Source: the human T2T-CHM13v2.0 reference genome, Homo sapiens
DNA length: 64,000 nt
Assembly (NCBI RefSeq): GCF_009914755.1
Contig: NC_060940.1
Strand: one strand, 5' to 3'
The notes beneath the pieces were generated by a model. The model was given only the letters and a program-made list of their open reading frames with translations. It had not been told where the DNA came from and searched no databases. The position numbers were made by a program, and so were the translations under genes. Positions 27,501-42,802 of this stretch are shown one piece after another; positions within the stretch are counted from its first letter, which is position 1; each line of letters opens with the position of its first letter.

Positions 27501-30500
27501 AGTCCATTTGATTGTTCCATTCGATTCCATTCGATTCCTTTCGAAGATTATTCCATTTGAGTCCATTCGATGATGATTCCATTCCATTCCATTCGATGAT
27601 TCCGTTTGATTCCATTCGATGATTCCCTTCGATTCCTTTCTTTGATGATTCCATTCCATTCCATTCAATGATTCCATTCGAATCTATTCCATGATGATTC
27701 CTTTCGATTCCATTCGCTGATGTTTCCGTTCAATTCCATTCGATGATGATTCCATTCGATTCCATTCATTGAGGATTCCATTTGATTCCATTCAATGATG
27801 ATTCCATTCTATTCCATTCAATGATTGCATTCAATTCCATTCAATGATTATCCCATTAGAGTAAACTCAACGATTCCATTCAATACCATTCGATGATGAT
27901 TCCTTTTGAGTCCATTCAATGATTTCATTCAAGTCCATTTGATGATTCCTTTCAATTCCATTCTATGATGATTCCATTCGAGTCCATTCGATGATTCCAT
28001 TCGATTGCATTCGATGATTCCATTATATTCCATTCAACGGTGATTCCATTCGAGTCCATTCCATGATTCCATTAGAGTACATTTAATGATTGCTTTGTTT
28101 TCAATTCGAAGATGATTACATTGGATTCCATTCTATGATACCATTCGATTCCATTCAATGATGATTCCACTCAAATCCATTGGATGATTCCATTCGTGTC
28201 CATTCGGTGATTTCATTAGATTCCATTCGAGGATGATTCCATTCGATTCCATTCGATGATTCCATTCAATTCCATTCGATGATGATTCCATTCCAGTCCA
28301 TATGATCATTCCATTTGATTTCATTCGATGATGATTCCATTCGATTCCTTTCGACGATTCCATTCTATTCCATTCGATGATGATTCCATTCGAGTCCATT
28401 CGATGATTCCATTCGAGTCCATTTAATGATTCCATTGGGTTCAATTCAATGATGATTACATTGGATTCCATTCTCTGATTCCATTCAATTCCGTTCAATG
28501 ACAATTTGATTCCATTCGATGATGATTCCATTTGAGTTCATTCGATGATTCTATTCGATTCTCTTCGATGGTGATTCAATTCTATTATATTGGATGATTC
28601 CATTCGATTCCATTTGATGTTGATTCAATTCGATTCTATTCGATGATGATTCCATTGGATTTCACTTGATGATTCTATTCGATTCCATTCAATGATGATT
28701 CACTTCTCGTCCATTGGATGATTCCATTTCATTCCATTCGATGATGATTCCATTCGATTCCATTCGATGATTCCATTTGATTCCATGCGACGGTGAGCAA
28801 TTCGATTCAATTCCATGATGATTCTATTTGATTCAATTAGATGATGTTTCCATTCGAATCCATTCCATGATTATTCCATTGGAATCCATTCGGCGATGAT
28901 TCCATATGAGTCAATTCAATGATGATTCCATATGGGTCCGTTCGATGATAATTCCATTTGATTTCATTCGATGCTTCTATTCTATTCCAGTCGATGATGA
29001 TTCCGTTGGAGTCCATACGATGATTCCATTTGATTTCATTTGATGATGATTCCATTCGATGATGATTACATTGGATTCCATTCTATGATTCCATTCAATT
29101 CCATTCGTTGATGATTCGATTCCATTCAATGATGATTCCATTTGAGTTCATTCGATGATTCTACTCGATTCCGTTCGATGGTGATTCAATTCTATTATAT
29201 TGGATGATTCCACTCGATTCCATTTGATGATTATTGCATTGGAGTCCATTTAGTGAATCCTTTAGATTCTATTCGACGATGATTCCATTCGAGTCCATTC
29301 GATGATACCATTCAATTCCATTCGTTGATGCTTCCATTCAAGTGCATTCGATGATATCATTCGATTCCATTTGATGATAATTCCATTTGATTCCATGCGA
29401 TGATTCTATTCGATTCCATTCAATGATAATTCCATTCAATTCAGTGATTCCTCTGGACTCCATTTGATGATGATTCCATTCAATGATTCCATTCGATTCT
29501 ATTCGAAAATGATTCCATTTGAATCCATTTGATGATGATTCCATTAGATTCCATTTGATGATTCCATTCGATTCCATTCGACGATGATTCCATTCGATTC
29601 CGTTTGATGATTCCATTCTATTCTATTCGATGATGATTCCATTCGATTCCATTCGATGATGATTGGATTCGATTCCATTTGATGATTTCATTTGATTCCA
29701 TTCGTTAATGATTTCGATCAATTCCATTCGATGATTCCATTCGATTCCATTCGATAATGATTACATCCGAGTCCATTCGATGATTCCCTTTGAGCCTGTT
29801 CGATAATTCCATTTGAGTCCAACCAATGATTCCATTCATTTCCATTCAATGATTCCATTCGAGTCCATTTGATCATTCCGGTAGGGTCCATTCGATGTTG
29901 ATTCCATTGGAGTGCATTCGATGATTCCATTCGAGTCCATTTTACGATTTGATTCGAGTCCTTTCGATGATTCCATTCGATTCCACTCGATGATGATTTC
30001 ATTCGAGTCCATTCGACACTTCCAATCGATTCCATTTGATGATTCCATTCGAGTCCAATTGATGATTCCATTCAATTCCATTCGATGATGATTCCGTACG
30101 ATTCCATTCTGTGATGATTCCATGTGATTGCATTCAATGATGATTCCTTTCGATTGCATTCGATTATGATTCATTTCGTGTTCATTCTATGGTTCCACAG
30201 GTTTCCATTCGTGTCCATTCCATTATTCCATTCTATTCCATTTGATGATGATTCCATTCGATTCCATTCATTGGTGATTCCACTCAATTCCATTCAATGA
30301 TTCCATTCCATTTCTTTCAACAATGATTCCATTAGTTTCTAATCGATGATCCACTTGATTCCATTTGACGACGATTCCATTCTTGTCCATTTGATGATTC
30401 CATTTGATTCCATATGATGATGATTCCATTCGATTCCATACCATGATGATTCCATTCGAGTCCATTCAATGGTGATTCCATTCAATTCCATTCGATGATT

Positions 30501-30650
30501 CCTTTCGATTCCATTCAATGATGATGGCATTCGATTCCTTTTAATCATTCCCTTTGATTCCATTCAAAGGTGATTTCATTCAAGTCCATTCGATAATTGC
30601 ATTCGATTCCATTCTATGATGATTCCATTCGAGTCCATTTGATGATTCCA
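24539..30650 (+). repeat. Higher-order unit 4, canonical 6,112 bp
   Basis: Marker 24787 recurs at 30899 (+6112). Confidence 0.95.
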
Positions 30651-33600
30651 TTCAATTCAAGTCAATGATGATTCCATTCAATTCCATTCGATGATTCCAT
30701 TGGATTCCATTCGATGATGATTCCATTCAAATCCATTCGATAATTCAATTCAAGTCCATTCGATGATGATTCCAATCGAATCCATTCAAAGATTCCATTC
30801 TGTTCCATTCGATGATTCCCTTAGATTCCATTCGATGATTCCACTTGATTGCATTTACGATGATTCCATTCGATTCCATGTGATGATTCCATTCAATTCT
30901 ATTCAATGATGTCTCCATTTGATTCCATTCGACCATGATTGCCTTTGATTCCATTCAATGATTCCATTCGGTTCCGTTTGATGATGATTCCGTTCGATTC
31001 CATTTGATGATTCCATTTGATTCCATTGGATGAGTCCATTCGATTACATTCGATGATTATTCCATTCGAGTGCATTAGATGATTCCATTCGAGTCCATTC
31101 GATGATTCCATTCGATTCCATTCGATGTTGATTCTGTTCAAATCCATTCGATGATTCCACTCGATTCCATTCGTTGACTCCATTTGATCCCATTCGATGA
31201 TTTCCTTTGATTCCCTTTGATGATCATTCCATTTGATTCAATTCGGTGATTTCATTTGATTCCATTCAGTGATGTTTCCATTCGACTCCATTCGATGATG
31301 ATTCCATTCGACTCCATTCGATTATGATTTCATTCAATTCCATTCGATAATGATTCCCTTCGAGTCCATTCGGTGATTCCATTCGATTCCATTCAACTAT
31401 GATTTGATTCGTGTCCATTCGATGATTCCATTTGATTCCACTTGATGATGATTCCATTCGAGTCCATTTGATGATTCCATTCAATTCCATACTCCGATGA
31501 TTTCTTTTGAGCCCACTCAATGCTTCCACTCGATTCCATATGATGATGACTCCATTCGATGAAATTCGATGATGATTCCATTCGCTTGCTTTCGATGATG
31601 ATTCCACTTGAGTCCGTTAGAAGATTCTATTCAATTACATTCCATGACGATTCCGTTCGAGTCCATTTGATGATTCCATTAGACTCCATTCGACGATGAT
31701 TCCATTCGATGTTATTCGATGATTCCATTCGATCTCATTCGATGATGATTCCATTCAACTCCATTCGATGTTTCCATTCGAGTTCATTCTATTATTCCAT
31801 TAGATTCCATTCGATGATGATTCCATTCGATTCCATTTGATGATTGCATTCTATTTCATTTGATGATGATTCCATTCGAGTCCACTCGATGATTCCATTC
31901 GAGTCCATTTAATGAATCCATTGGTTTCAATTCTATGATGATTACATTGGATTCCATTCGTTGATGATTTCATTCGGTTCCATTCAATGATGATTCCATT
32001 CAATTCCTTTCAATGTTTCCATTCAATTCCATACGATGATGATTCCATTTGATTTGATTCGACAGTGAGCCATTCGATTCAATTCCATGATGATTCTATT
32101 TGATTCAATTGGTTGACATTTCCATTCGATTCCATTCGATGATGATTCCCTTTGATTCCGTTCAAAGATGATTCCATTCTAGCCCATTCAATCATTCCAT
32201 TCGATTCTATTCAATGATGATTCCATTCATGTCGATTTGGTGATTCCATTTGACTTCATTTGATGATGATTCCTTTCAAGTTCATTAGATGATTCCATTC
32301 GATTCCATTTGATGATGATCCCATTCGAGTCCATTCAGTGATTCCATTCGTTTCCATTCCATGATGATTCCATTCCTTTCCATTCAATGATTCCATTCGA
32401 TTCCGTTTGATGATGATTTCATTCGAGTCCATTTGATGATTCCATTTGATTCCATTCGATGATGATTCCATTCGAGTCCATTCGATGATTCTATTCGAAT
32501 CCATTTGATGATTTCTTTTGATTATATTTGGTGATGATTCCATTGGAGTCCATTCAATGATTCCATTCTATTCCAATCGATGATGATTCCATTAGAGTCC
32601 ATTTAATGATTCCATTTGATTCCAGTCTCTGATGATTACATTCGAGTCCATACGATGATTCCACTCAATTCCATATGGTGATGATTCCATTTGATTCCAT
32701 TCGGTGATTCCATTCTATTCTATTCAATGGTGATTCCATTCGAGTACATTAGATGATTCCATTCGATTCCATTCAATGATGATTCTATTTGTGTCCCTTA
32801 GATGATTCCACATGATTCCATTACATGATGATACTATTTGAGCCCATCCAATGATTCCCTTCGATTCCATTCGATGAGGATTCCATTCGATTCAATTCAT
32901 TGGTGATTCTATTCAATTCAATTCTTTGATTCCATTCCATTCCATTCGACAATGATTCCATTCGATTTCTTTCGATGATTCCACTCGATTCCACTTGACA
33001 TTGATTCCATTCGATTCCATTCAATGATTCCATTTGATTCCAGTGGATGATGATTGCCATCGATTCCATTCGATCACTCCATTCTATTCCATTTGATGAT
33101 GATTACATTCGATTCCATTTGATGATTCCATCTGATTCTATTCGAGGATTCCATTTGATTCCATTCGATGATGATTCCATTCGAGTCCATTCGATGATTT
33201 CATTCGAGTACATCCAATGATTCCATTCGAGTCCATTAGATGATTCCATTTGATTCCATTTGAAAATGATTCTACTAGAGTCCATTCAATGACTCCATTC
33301 GAGTCCATTCAACAATTCCATTCGACTCCATTCGATGATTCCATTCGATTCCATTTGATGGTTCCATTCGAGTCCATTTAATCATTACAGTCGAGTCCAT
33401 TTGGTGATTCCACTGGATTTCTTTTGATAATGATACCATTCAATTACATTTGATGATGATCCCATTCAATTTCATTTGATGATGATTCCATTAGAGTCCA
33501 TTCGATGATTTCATTCGAGTCCCTTCATTGATTCCATCCGATTTCATTGGATGATGACTCCATTCGAGTCCATTCGATGATTCCACTCGATTCCATTAGA

Positions 33601-36600
33601 TGACTCCATTGGAGTCCATTTGATTGTTCCATTCGATTCCATTCGATTCCTTTCGAAGATTATTCCATTTGAGTCCATTCGATGATGATTCCATTCCATT
33701 CCATTCGATGATTCCGTTTGATTCCATTCGATGATTCCCTTCGATTCCTTTCTTTGATGATTCCATTCCATTCCATTCAATGATTCCATTCGAATCTATT
33801 CCATGATGATTCCTTTCGATTCCATTCGCTGATGTTTCCGTTCAATTCCATTCGATGATGATTCCATTCGATTCCATTCATTGAGGATTCCATTTGATTC
33901 CATTCAATGATGATTCCATTCTATTCCATTCAATGATTGCATTCAATTCCATTCAATGATTATCCCATTAGAGTAAACTCAACGATTCCATTCAATACCA
34001 TTCAATGATGATTCCTTTTGAGTCCATTCAATGATTTCATTCAAGTCCATTTGATGATTCCTTTCAATTCCATTCTATGATGATTCCATTCGAGTCCATT
34101 CGATGATTCCATTAGAGTACATTTAATGATTGCTTTGTTTTCAATTCGAAGATGATTGCATTGGATTCCATTCTATGATACCATTCGATTCCATTCAATG
34201 ATGATTCCACTCAAATCCATTGGATGATTCCATTCGTGTCCATTCGGTGATTTCATTAGATTCCATTCGAGGATGATTCCATTCGATTCCATTCGATGAT
34301 TCCATTCAATTCCATTCGATGATGATTCCATTCCAGTCCATATGATCATTCCATTTGATTTCATTCGATGATGATTCCATTCGATTCCATTCGACGATTC
34401 CATTCTATTCCATTCGATGATGATTCCATTCGAGTCCATTCGATCAATCCATTCGAGTCCATTTAATGATTCCATTGGGTTCAATTCAATGATGATTACA
34501 TTGGATTCCGTTCTATGATTCCATTCAATTCCGTTCATTGACAATTTGATTCCATTCGATGATGATTCCATTTGAGTTCATTCGATGATTCTATTCGATT
34601 CTCTTCGATGGTGATTCAATTCTATTATATTGGATGATTCCATTCGATTCCATTTGATGTTGATTCAATTCGATTCTATTCGATGATGATTCCATTGGAT
34701 TTCACTTGATGATTCTATTCGATTCCATTCAATGATGATTCACTTCTCGTCCATTGGATGATTCCATTTCATTCCATTCGATGATGATTCCATTCGATTC
34801 CATTCGATGATTCCATTTGATTCCATGCGACGGTGAGCAATTCGATTCAATTCCATGATGATTCTATTTGATTCAATTAGATGATGTTTCCATTCGAATC
34901 CATTCCATGATTATTCCATTGGAATCCATTCGGCGATGATTCCATATGAGTCAATTCAATGATGATTCCATATGGGTCCGTTCGATGATAATTCCATTTG
35001 ATTTCATTCGATGCTTCTATTCTATTCCAGTCGATGATGATTCCGTTGGAGTCCATACGATGATTCCATTTGATTTCATTTGATGATGATTCCATTCGAT
35101 GATGATTACATTGGATTCCATTCTATGATTCCATTCAATTCCATTCGTTGATGATTCGATTCCCTTCAATGATGATTCCACTTGAGTTCATTCGATGATT
35201 CTATTCGATTCCGTTCGATGGAGATTCAATTCTCTTATATTGGATGATTCCACTCGATTCCATTTGATGATTATTCCATTGGAGTCCACTTAGTGAATCC
35301 TTTAGATTCTACTCGAAGATGATTCCATTCGAGTCCATTCGATGATACCATTCAATTCCATTCGTTGATGCTTCCATTCAAGTGCATTCGATGATATCAT
35401 TCGATTCCATTTGATGATAATTCCATTTGATTCCATGCGATGATTCTATTCGATTCCATTCAATGATAATTCCATTCAATTCAGTGATTCCTCTGGACTC
35501 CATTTGATGATGATTCCATTCAATGATTCCATTCGATTCTATTCGAAAATGATTCCATTTGAATCCATTTGATGATGATTCCATTAGATTCCATTTGATG
35601 ATTCCATTCGATTCCATTCGACGATGATTCCATTCGATTCCGTTTGATGATTCCATTCTATTCTATTCGATGATGATTCCATTCGATTCCATTCGATGAT
35701 GATTGGATTCGATTCCATTTGATGATTTCATTTGATTCCATTCGTTAATGATTTCGATCAATTCCATTCGATGATTCCATTCGATTCCATTCGATAATGA
35801 TTACATCCGAGTCCATTCGATGATTCCATTTGAGCCTGTTCGATAATTCCATTTGAGTCCAACCAATGATTCCATTCATTTCCATTCAATGATTCCATTC
35901 GAGTCCATTTGATCATTCCGGTTGGGTCCATTCGATGTTGATTCCATTGGAGTGCATTCGATGATTCCATTCGAGTCCATTTTAGGATTTGATTCGAGTC
36001 CTTTCGATGATTCCATTCGATTCCACTCGATGATGATTTCATTCGAGTCCATTCGACACTTCCAATCGATTCCATTTGATGATTCCATTCGAGTCCAATT
36101 GATGATTCCATTCAATTCCATTCGATGATGATTCCGTACGATTCCATTCTGTGATGATTCCTTGTGATTGCATTCAATGATGATTCCTTTCGATTGCATT
36201 CGATTATGATTCATTTCGTGTTCATTCTATGGTTCCACAGGTTTCCATTCGTGTCCATTCCATTATTCCATTCTATTCCATTTGATGATGATTCCATTCG
36301 ATTCCATTCATTGGTGATTCCACTCAATTCCATTCAATGATTCCATTCCATTTCTTTCAACAATGATTCCATTAGTTTCTAATCGATGATCCACTTGATT
36401 CCATTTGACGACGATTCCATTCTTGTCCATTCGATGATTCCATTTGATTCCATATGATGATGATTCCATTCGATTCCATACCATGATGATTCCATTCGAG
36501 TCCATTCAATGGTGATTCCATTCAATTCCATTCGATGATTCCTTTTGATTCCATTCGATGATGATGGCATTCGATTCCTTTCAATCATTCCCTTTGATTC

Positions 36601-36690
36601 CATTCAAAGGTGATTTCATTCAAGTCCATTCGATAATTGCATTCGATTCCATTCTATGATGATTCCATTCGAGTCCATTTGATGATTCCA
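30651..36690 (+). repeat. Higher-order unit 5, 6,040 bp (72 bp deletion near 34110)
   Basis: Marker 30899 recurs at 36939 (+6040); the segment CGATTGCATTCG...ATATTCCATTCAACGGTG...CCATGATTCCATT is missing at ~34113. Confidence 0.94.
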
Positions 36691-39600
36691 TTCAATTCAA
36701 GTCAATGATGATTCCATTCGATTCCATTCGATGATTCCATTGGATTCCATTCGATGATGATTCCATTCAAATCCATTCGATAATTCAATTCAAGTCCATT
36801 CGATGATGATTCCAATCGAATCCATTCAAAGATTCCATTCAGTTCCATTCGATGATTCCCTTAGATTCCATTCGATGATTCCACTTGATTGCATTTACGA
36901 TGATTCCATTCGATTCCATGTGATGATTCCATTCAATTCTATTCAATGATGTCTCCATTTGATTCCATTCGACCATGATTGCCTTTGATTCCATTCAATG
37001 ATTCCATTCGGTTCCGTTTGATGATGATTCCGTTCGATTCCATTTGATGATTCCATTTGATTCCATTGGATGAGTCCATTCGATTACATTCGATGATTAT
37101 TCCATTCGAGTGCATTAGATGATTCCATTCGAGTCCATTCGATGATTCCATTCGATTCCATTCGATGTTGATTCTGTTCAAATCCATTCGATGATTCCAC
37201 TCGATTCCATTCGTTGACTCCATTTGATCCCATTCGATGATTTCCTTTGATTCCCTTTGATGATCATTCCATTTGATTCAATTCGGTGATTTCATTTGAT
37301 TCCATTCAGTGATGTTTCCATTCGACTCCATTCGATGATGATTCCATTCGACTCCATTCGATTATGATTTCATTCAATTCCATTCGATAATGATTCCCTT
37401 CGAGTCCATTCGATGATTCCATTCGATTCCATTCAACAATGATTTGATTCGTGTCCATTCGATGATTCCATTTGATTCCACATGATGATGATTCCATTCG
37501 AGTCCATTTGATGATTCCATTCAATTCCATACTCCGATGATTTCTTTTGAGCCCACTCAATGCTTCCACTCGATTCCATATGATGATGACTCCATTCGAT
37601 GAAATTCGATGATGATTCCATTCGCTTGCTTTCGATGATGATTCCACTTGAGTCCGTTAGAAGATTCTATTCAATTACATTCCATGACAATTCCGTTCGA
37701 GTCCATTTGATGATTCCATTAGACTCCATTCGACGATGATTCCATTCGATGTTATTCGATGATTCCATTCGATCTCATTCGATGATGATTCCATTCAACT
37801 CCATTCGATGTTTCCATTCGAGTTCATTCTATTATTCCATTAGATTCCATTCGATGATGATTCCATTCGATTCCATTTGATGATTGCATTCTATTTCATT
37901 TGATGATGATTCCATTCGAGTCCACTCGATGATTCCATTCGAGTCCATTTAATGAATCCATTGGTTTCAATTCTATGATGATTACATTGGATTCCATTCG
38001 TTGATGATTTCATTCGGTTCCATTCAATGATGATTCCATTCAATTCCTTTCAATGTTTCCATTCAATTCCATACGATGATGATTCCATTTGATTTGATTC
38101 GACAGTGAGCCATTCGATTCAATTCCATGATGATTCTATTTGATTCAATTGGTTGACATTTCCATTCGATTCCATTCGATGATGATTCCCTTTGATTCCG
38201 TTCAACGATGATTCCATTCTAGCCCATTCAATCATTCCATTCGATTCTATTCAATGATGATTCCATTCATGTCGATTTGGTGATTCCATTTGACTTCATT
38301 TGATGATGATTCCTTTCAAGTTCATTAGATGATTCCATTCGATTCCATTTGATGATGATCCCATTCGAGTCCATTCAGTGATTCCATTCGTTTCCATTCC
38401 ATGATGATTCCATTCCTTTCCATTCAATGATTCCATTCGATTCCGTTTGATGATGATTTCATTCGAGTCCATTTGATGATTCCATTTGATTCCATTCGAT
38501 GATGATTCCATTCGAGTCCATTCGATGATTCTATTCGAATCCATTTGATGATTTCTTTTGATTATATTTGGTGATGATTCCATTGGAGTCCATTCAATGA
38601 TTCCATTCGATTCCAATCGATGATGATTCCATTAGAGTCCATTTAATGATTCCATTTGATTCCAGTCTCTGATGATTACATTCGAGTCCATACGATGATT
38701 CCACTCAATTCCATATGATGATGATTCCATTTGATTCCATTCGGTGATTCCATTCTATTCTATTCAATGGTGATTCCATTCGAGTACATTAGATGATTCC
38801 ATTCGATTCCATTCAATGATGATTCTATTTGTGTCCCTTAGATGATTCCACATGATTCCATTAGATGATGATACTATTTGAGCCCATCCAATGATTCCCT
38901 TCGATTCCATTCGATGAGGATTCCATTCGATTCAATTCATTGGTGATTCTATTCAATTCAATTCTTTGATTCCATTCCATTCCATTCGACAATGATTCCA
39001 TTCGATTTCTTTCGATGATTCCACTCGATTCCACTTGACATTGATTCCATTCGATTCCATTCAATGATTCCATTTGATTCCAGTGGATGATGATTGCCAT
39101 CGATTCCATTCGATCACTCCATTCTATTCCATTTGATGATGATTACATTCGATTCCATTTGATGATTCCATCTGATTCTATTCGAGGATTCCATTTGATT
39201 CCATTCGATGATGATTCCATTCGAGTCCATTCGATGATTTCATTCGAGTACATCCAATGATTCCATTCGAGTCCATTAGATGATTCCATTTGATTCCATT
39301 TGAAAATGATTCTACTAGAGTCCATTCAATGACTCCATTCGAGTCCATTCAACAATTCCATTCGACTCCATTCGATGATTCCATTCGATTCCATTTGATG
39401 GTTCCATTCGAGTCCATTTAATCATTACAGTCGAGTCCATTTGGTGATTCCACTGGATTTCTTTTGATAATGATACCATTCAATTACATTTGATGATGAT
39501 CCCATTCAATTTCATTTGATGATGATTCCATTAGAGTCCATTCGATGATTTCATTCGAGTCCCTTCATTGATTCCATCCGATTTCATTGGATGATGACTC

Positions 39601-42600
39601 CATTCGAGTCCATTCGATGTTTCCACTCGATTCCATTAGATGACTCCATTGGAGTCCATTTGATTGTTCCATTCGATTCCATTCGATTCCTTTCAAAGAT
39701 TATTCCATTTGAGTCCATTCGATGATGATTCCATTCCATTCCATTCGATGATTCCGTTTGATTCCATTCGATGATTCCCTTCGATTCCTTTCTTTGATGA
39801 TTCCATTCCATTCCATTCAATGATTCCATTCGAATCTATTCCATGATGATTCCTTTCGATTCCATTCGCTGATGTTTCCGTTCAATTCCATTCGATGATG
39901 ATTCCATTCGATTCCATTCATTGAGGATTCCATTTGATTCCATTCAATGATGATTCCATTCTATTCCATTCAATGATTGCATTCAATTCCATTCAATGAT
40001 TATCCCATTAGAGTAAACTCAACGATTCCATTCAATACCATTCGATGATGATTCCTTTTGAGTCCATTCAATGATTTCATTCAAGTCCATTTGATGATTC
40101 CTTTCAATTCCATTCTATGATGATTCCATTCGAGTCCATTCGATGATTCCATTCGATTGCATTCGATGATTCCATTATATTCCATTCAACGGTGATTCCA
40201 TTCGAGTCCATTCCATGATTCCATTAGAGTACATTTAATGATTGCTTTGTTTTCAATTCGAAGATGATTACATTGGATTCCATTCTATGATACCATTCGA
40301 TTCCATTCAATGATGATTCCACTCAAATCCATTGGATGATTCCATTCGTGTCCATTCGGTGATTTCATTAGATTCCATTCGAGGATGATTCCATTCGATT
40401 CCATTCGATGATTCCATTCAATTCCATTCGATGATGATTCCATTCCAGTCCATATGATCATTCCATTTGATTTCATTCGATGATGATTCCATTCGATTCG
40501 ATTCGACGATTCCATTCTATTCCATTCGATGATGATTCCATTCGAGTCCATTCGATCATTCCATTCGAGTCCATTTAATGATTCCATTGGGTTCAATTCA
40601 ATGATGATTACATTGGATTCCGTTCTATGATTCCATTCAATTCCGTTCATTGACAATTTGATTCCATTCGATGATGATTCCATTTGAGTTCATTCGATGA
40701 TTCTATTCGATTCTCTTCGATGGTGATTCAATTCTATTATATTGGATGATTCCATTCGATTCCATTTGATGTTGATTCAATTCGATTCTATTCGATGATG
40801 ATTCCATTGGATTTCACTTGATGATTCTATTCGATTCCATTCAATGATGATTCACTTCTCGTCCATTGGATGATTCCATTTCATTCCATTCGATGATGAT
40901 TCCATTCGATTCCATTCGATGATTCCATTTGATTCCATGCGACGGTGAGCAATTCGATTCAATTCCATGATGATTCTATTTGATTCAATTAGATGATGTT
41001 TCCATTCGAATCCATTCCATGATTATTCCATTGGAATCCATTTGGCGATGATTCCATATGAGTCAATTCAATGATGATTCCATATGGGTCCGTTCGATGA
41101 TAATTCCATTTGATTTCATTCGATGCTTCTATTCTATTCCAGTCGATGATGATTCCGTTGGAGTCCATACGATGATTCCATTTGATTTCATTTGATGATG
41201 ATTCCATTCGATGATGATTACATTGGATTCCATTCTATGATTCCATTCAATTCCATTCGTTGATGATTCGATTCCATTCAATGATGATTCCATTTGAGTT
41301 CATTCGATGATTCTATTCGATTCCGTTCGATGGTGATTCAATTCTATTATATTGGATGATTCCACTCGATTCCATTTGATGATTATTCCATTGGAGTCCA
41401 CTTAGTGAATCCTTTAGATTCTACTCGACGATGATTCCATTCGAGTCCATTCGATGATACCATTCAATTCCATTCGTTGATGCTTCCATTCAAGTGCATT
41501 CGATGATATCATTCGATTCCATTTGATGATAATTCCATTTGATTCCATGCGATGATTCTATTCGATTCCATTCAATGATAATTCCATTCAATTCAGTGAT
41601 TCCTCTGGACTCCATTTGATGATGATTCCATTCAATGATTCCATTCGATTCTATTCGAAAATGATTCCATTTGAATCCATTTGATGATGATTCCATTAGA
41701 TTCCATTTGATGATTCCATTCGATTCCATTCGACGATGATTCCATTCGATTCCGTTTGATGATTCCATTCTATTCTATTTGATGATGATTCCATTCGATT
41801 CCATTCGATGATGATTGGATTCGATTCCATTGGATGATTTCATTTGATTCCATTCGTTAATGATTTCGATCAATTCCATTCGATGATTCCATTCGATTCC
41901 ATTCGATAATGATTACATCCGAGTCCATTCGATGATTCCCTTTGAGCCTGTTCGATAATTCCATTTGAGTCCAACCAATGATTCCATTCATTTCCATTCA
42001 ATGATTCCATTCGAGTCCATTTGATCATTCCGGTAGGGTCCATTCGATGTTGATTCCATTGGAGTGCATTCGATGATTCCATTCGAGTCCATTTTAGGAT
42101 TTGATTCGAGTCCTTTCGATGATTCCATTCGATTCCACTCGATGATGATTTCATTCGAGTCCATTCGACACTTCCAATCGATTCCATTTGATGATTCCAT
42201 TCGAGTCCAATTGATGATTCCATTCAATTCCATTCGATGATGATTCCGTACGATTCCATTCTGTGATGATTCCATGTGATTGCATTCAATGATGATTCCT
42301 TTCGATTGCATTCGATTATGATTCATTTCGTGTTCATTCTATGGTTCCACAGGTTTCCATTCGTGTCCATTCCATTATTCCATTCTATTCCATTTGATGA
42401 TGATTCCATTCGATTCCATTCATTGGTGATTCCACTCAATTCCATTCAATGATTCCATTCCATTTCTTTCAACAATGATTCCATTAGTTTCTAATCGATG
42501 ATCCACTTGATTCCATTTGACGACGATTCCATTCTTGTCCATTCGATGATTCCATTTGATTCCATATGATGATGATTCCATTCGATTCCATACCATGATG

Positions 42601-42802
42601 ATTCCATTCGAGTCCATTCAATGGTGATTCCATTCAATTCCATTCGATGATTGCTTTTGATTCCATTCGATGATGATGGCATTCGATTCCTTTCAATCAT
42701 TCCCTTTGATTCCATTCAAAGGTGATTTCATTCAAGTCCATTCGATAATTGCATTCGATTCCATTCTATGATGATTCCATTCGAGTCCATTTGATGATTC
42801 CA
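36691..42802 (+). repeat. Higher-order unit 6, canonical 6,112 bp
   Basis: Marker 36939 recurs at 43051 (+6112). Confidence 0.95.

Noticed and set aside
35922-36128. Single plus-strand 68 aa ORF
   Set aside because: It exists only because a private TAG>TTG substitution (CCGGTTGGG) supplies an alternative start. It is satellite sequence.
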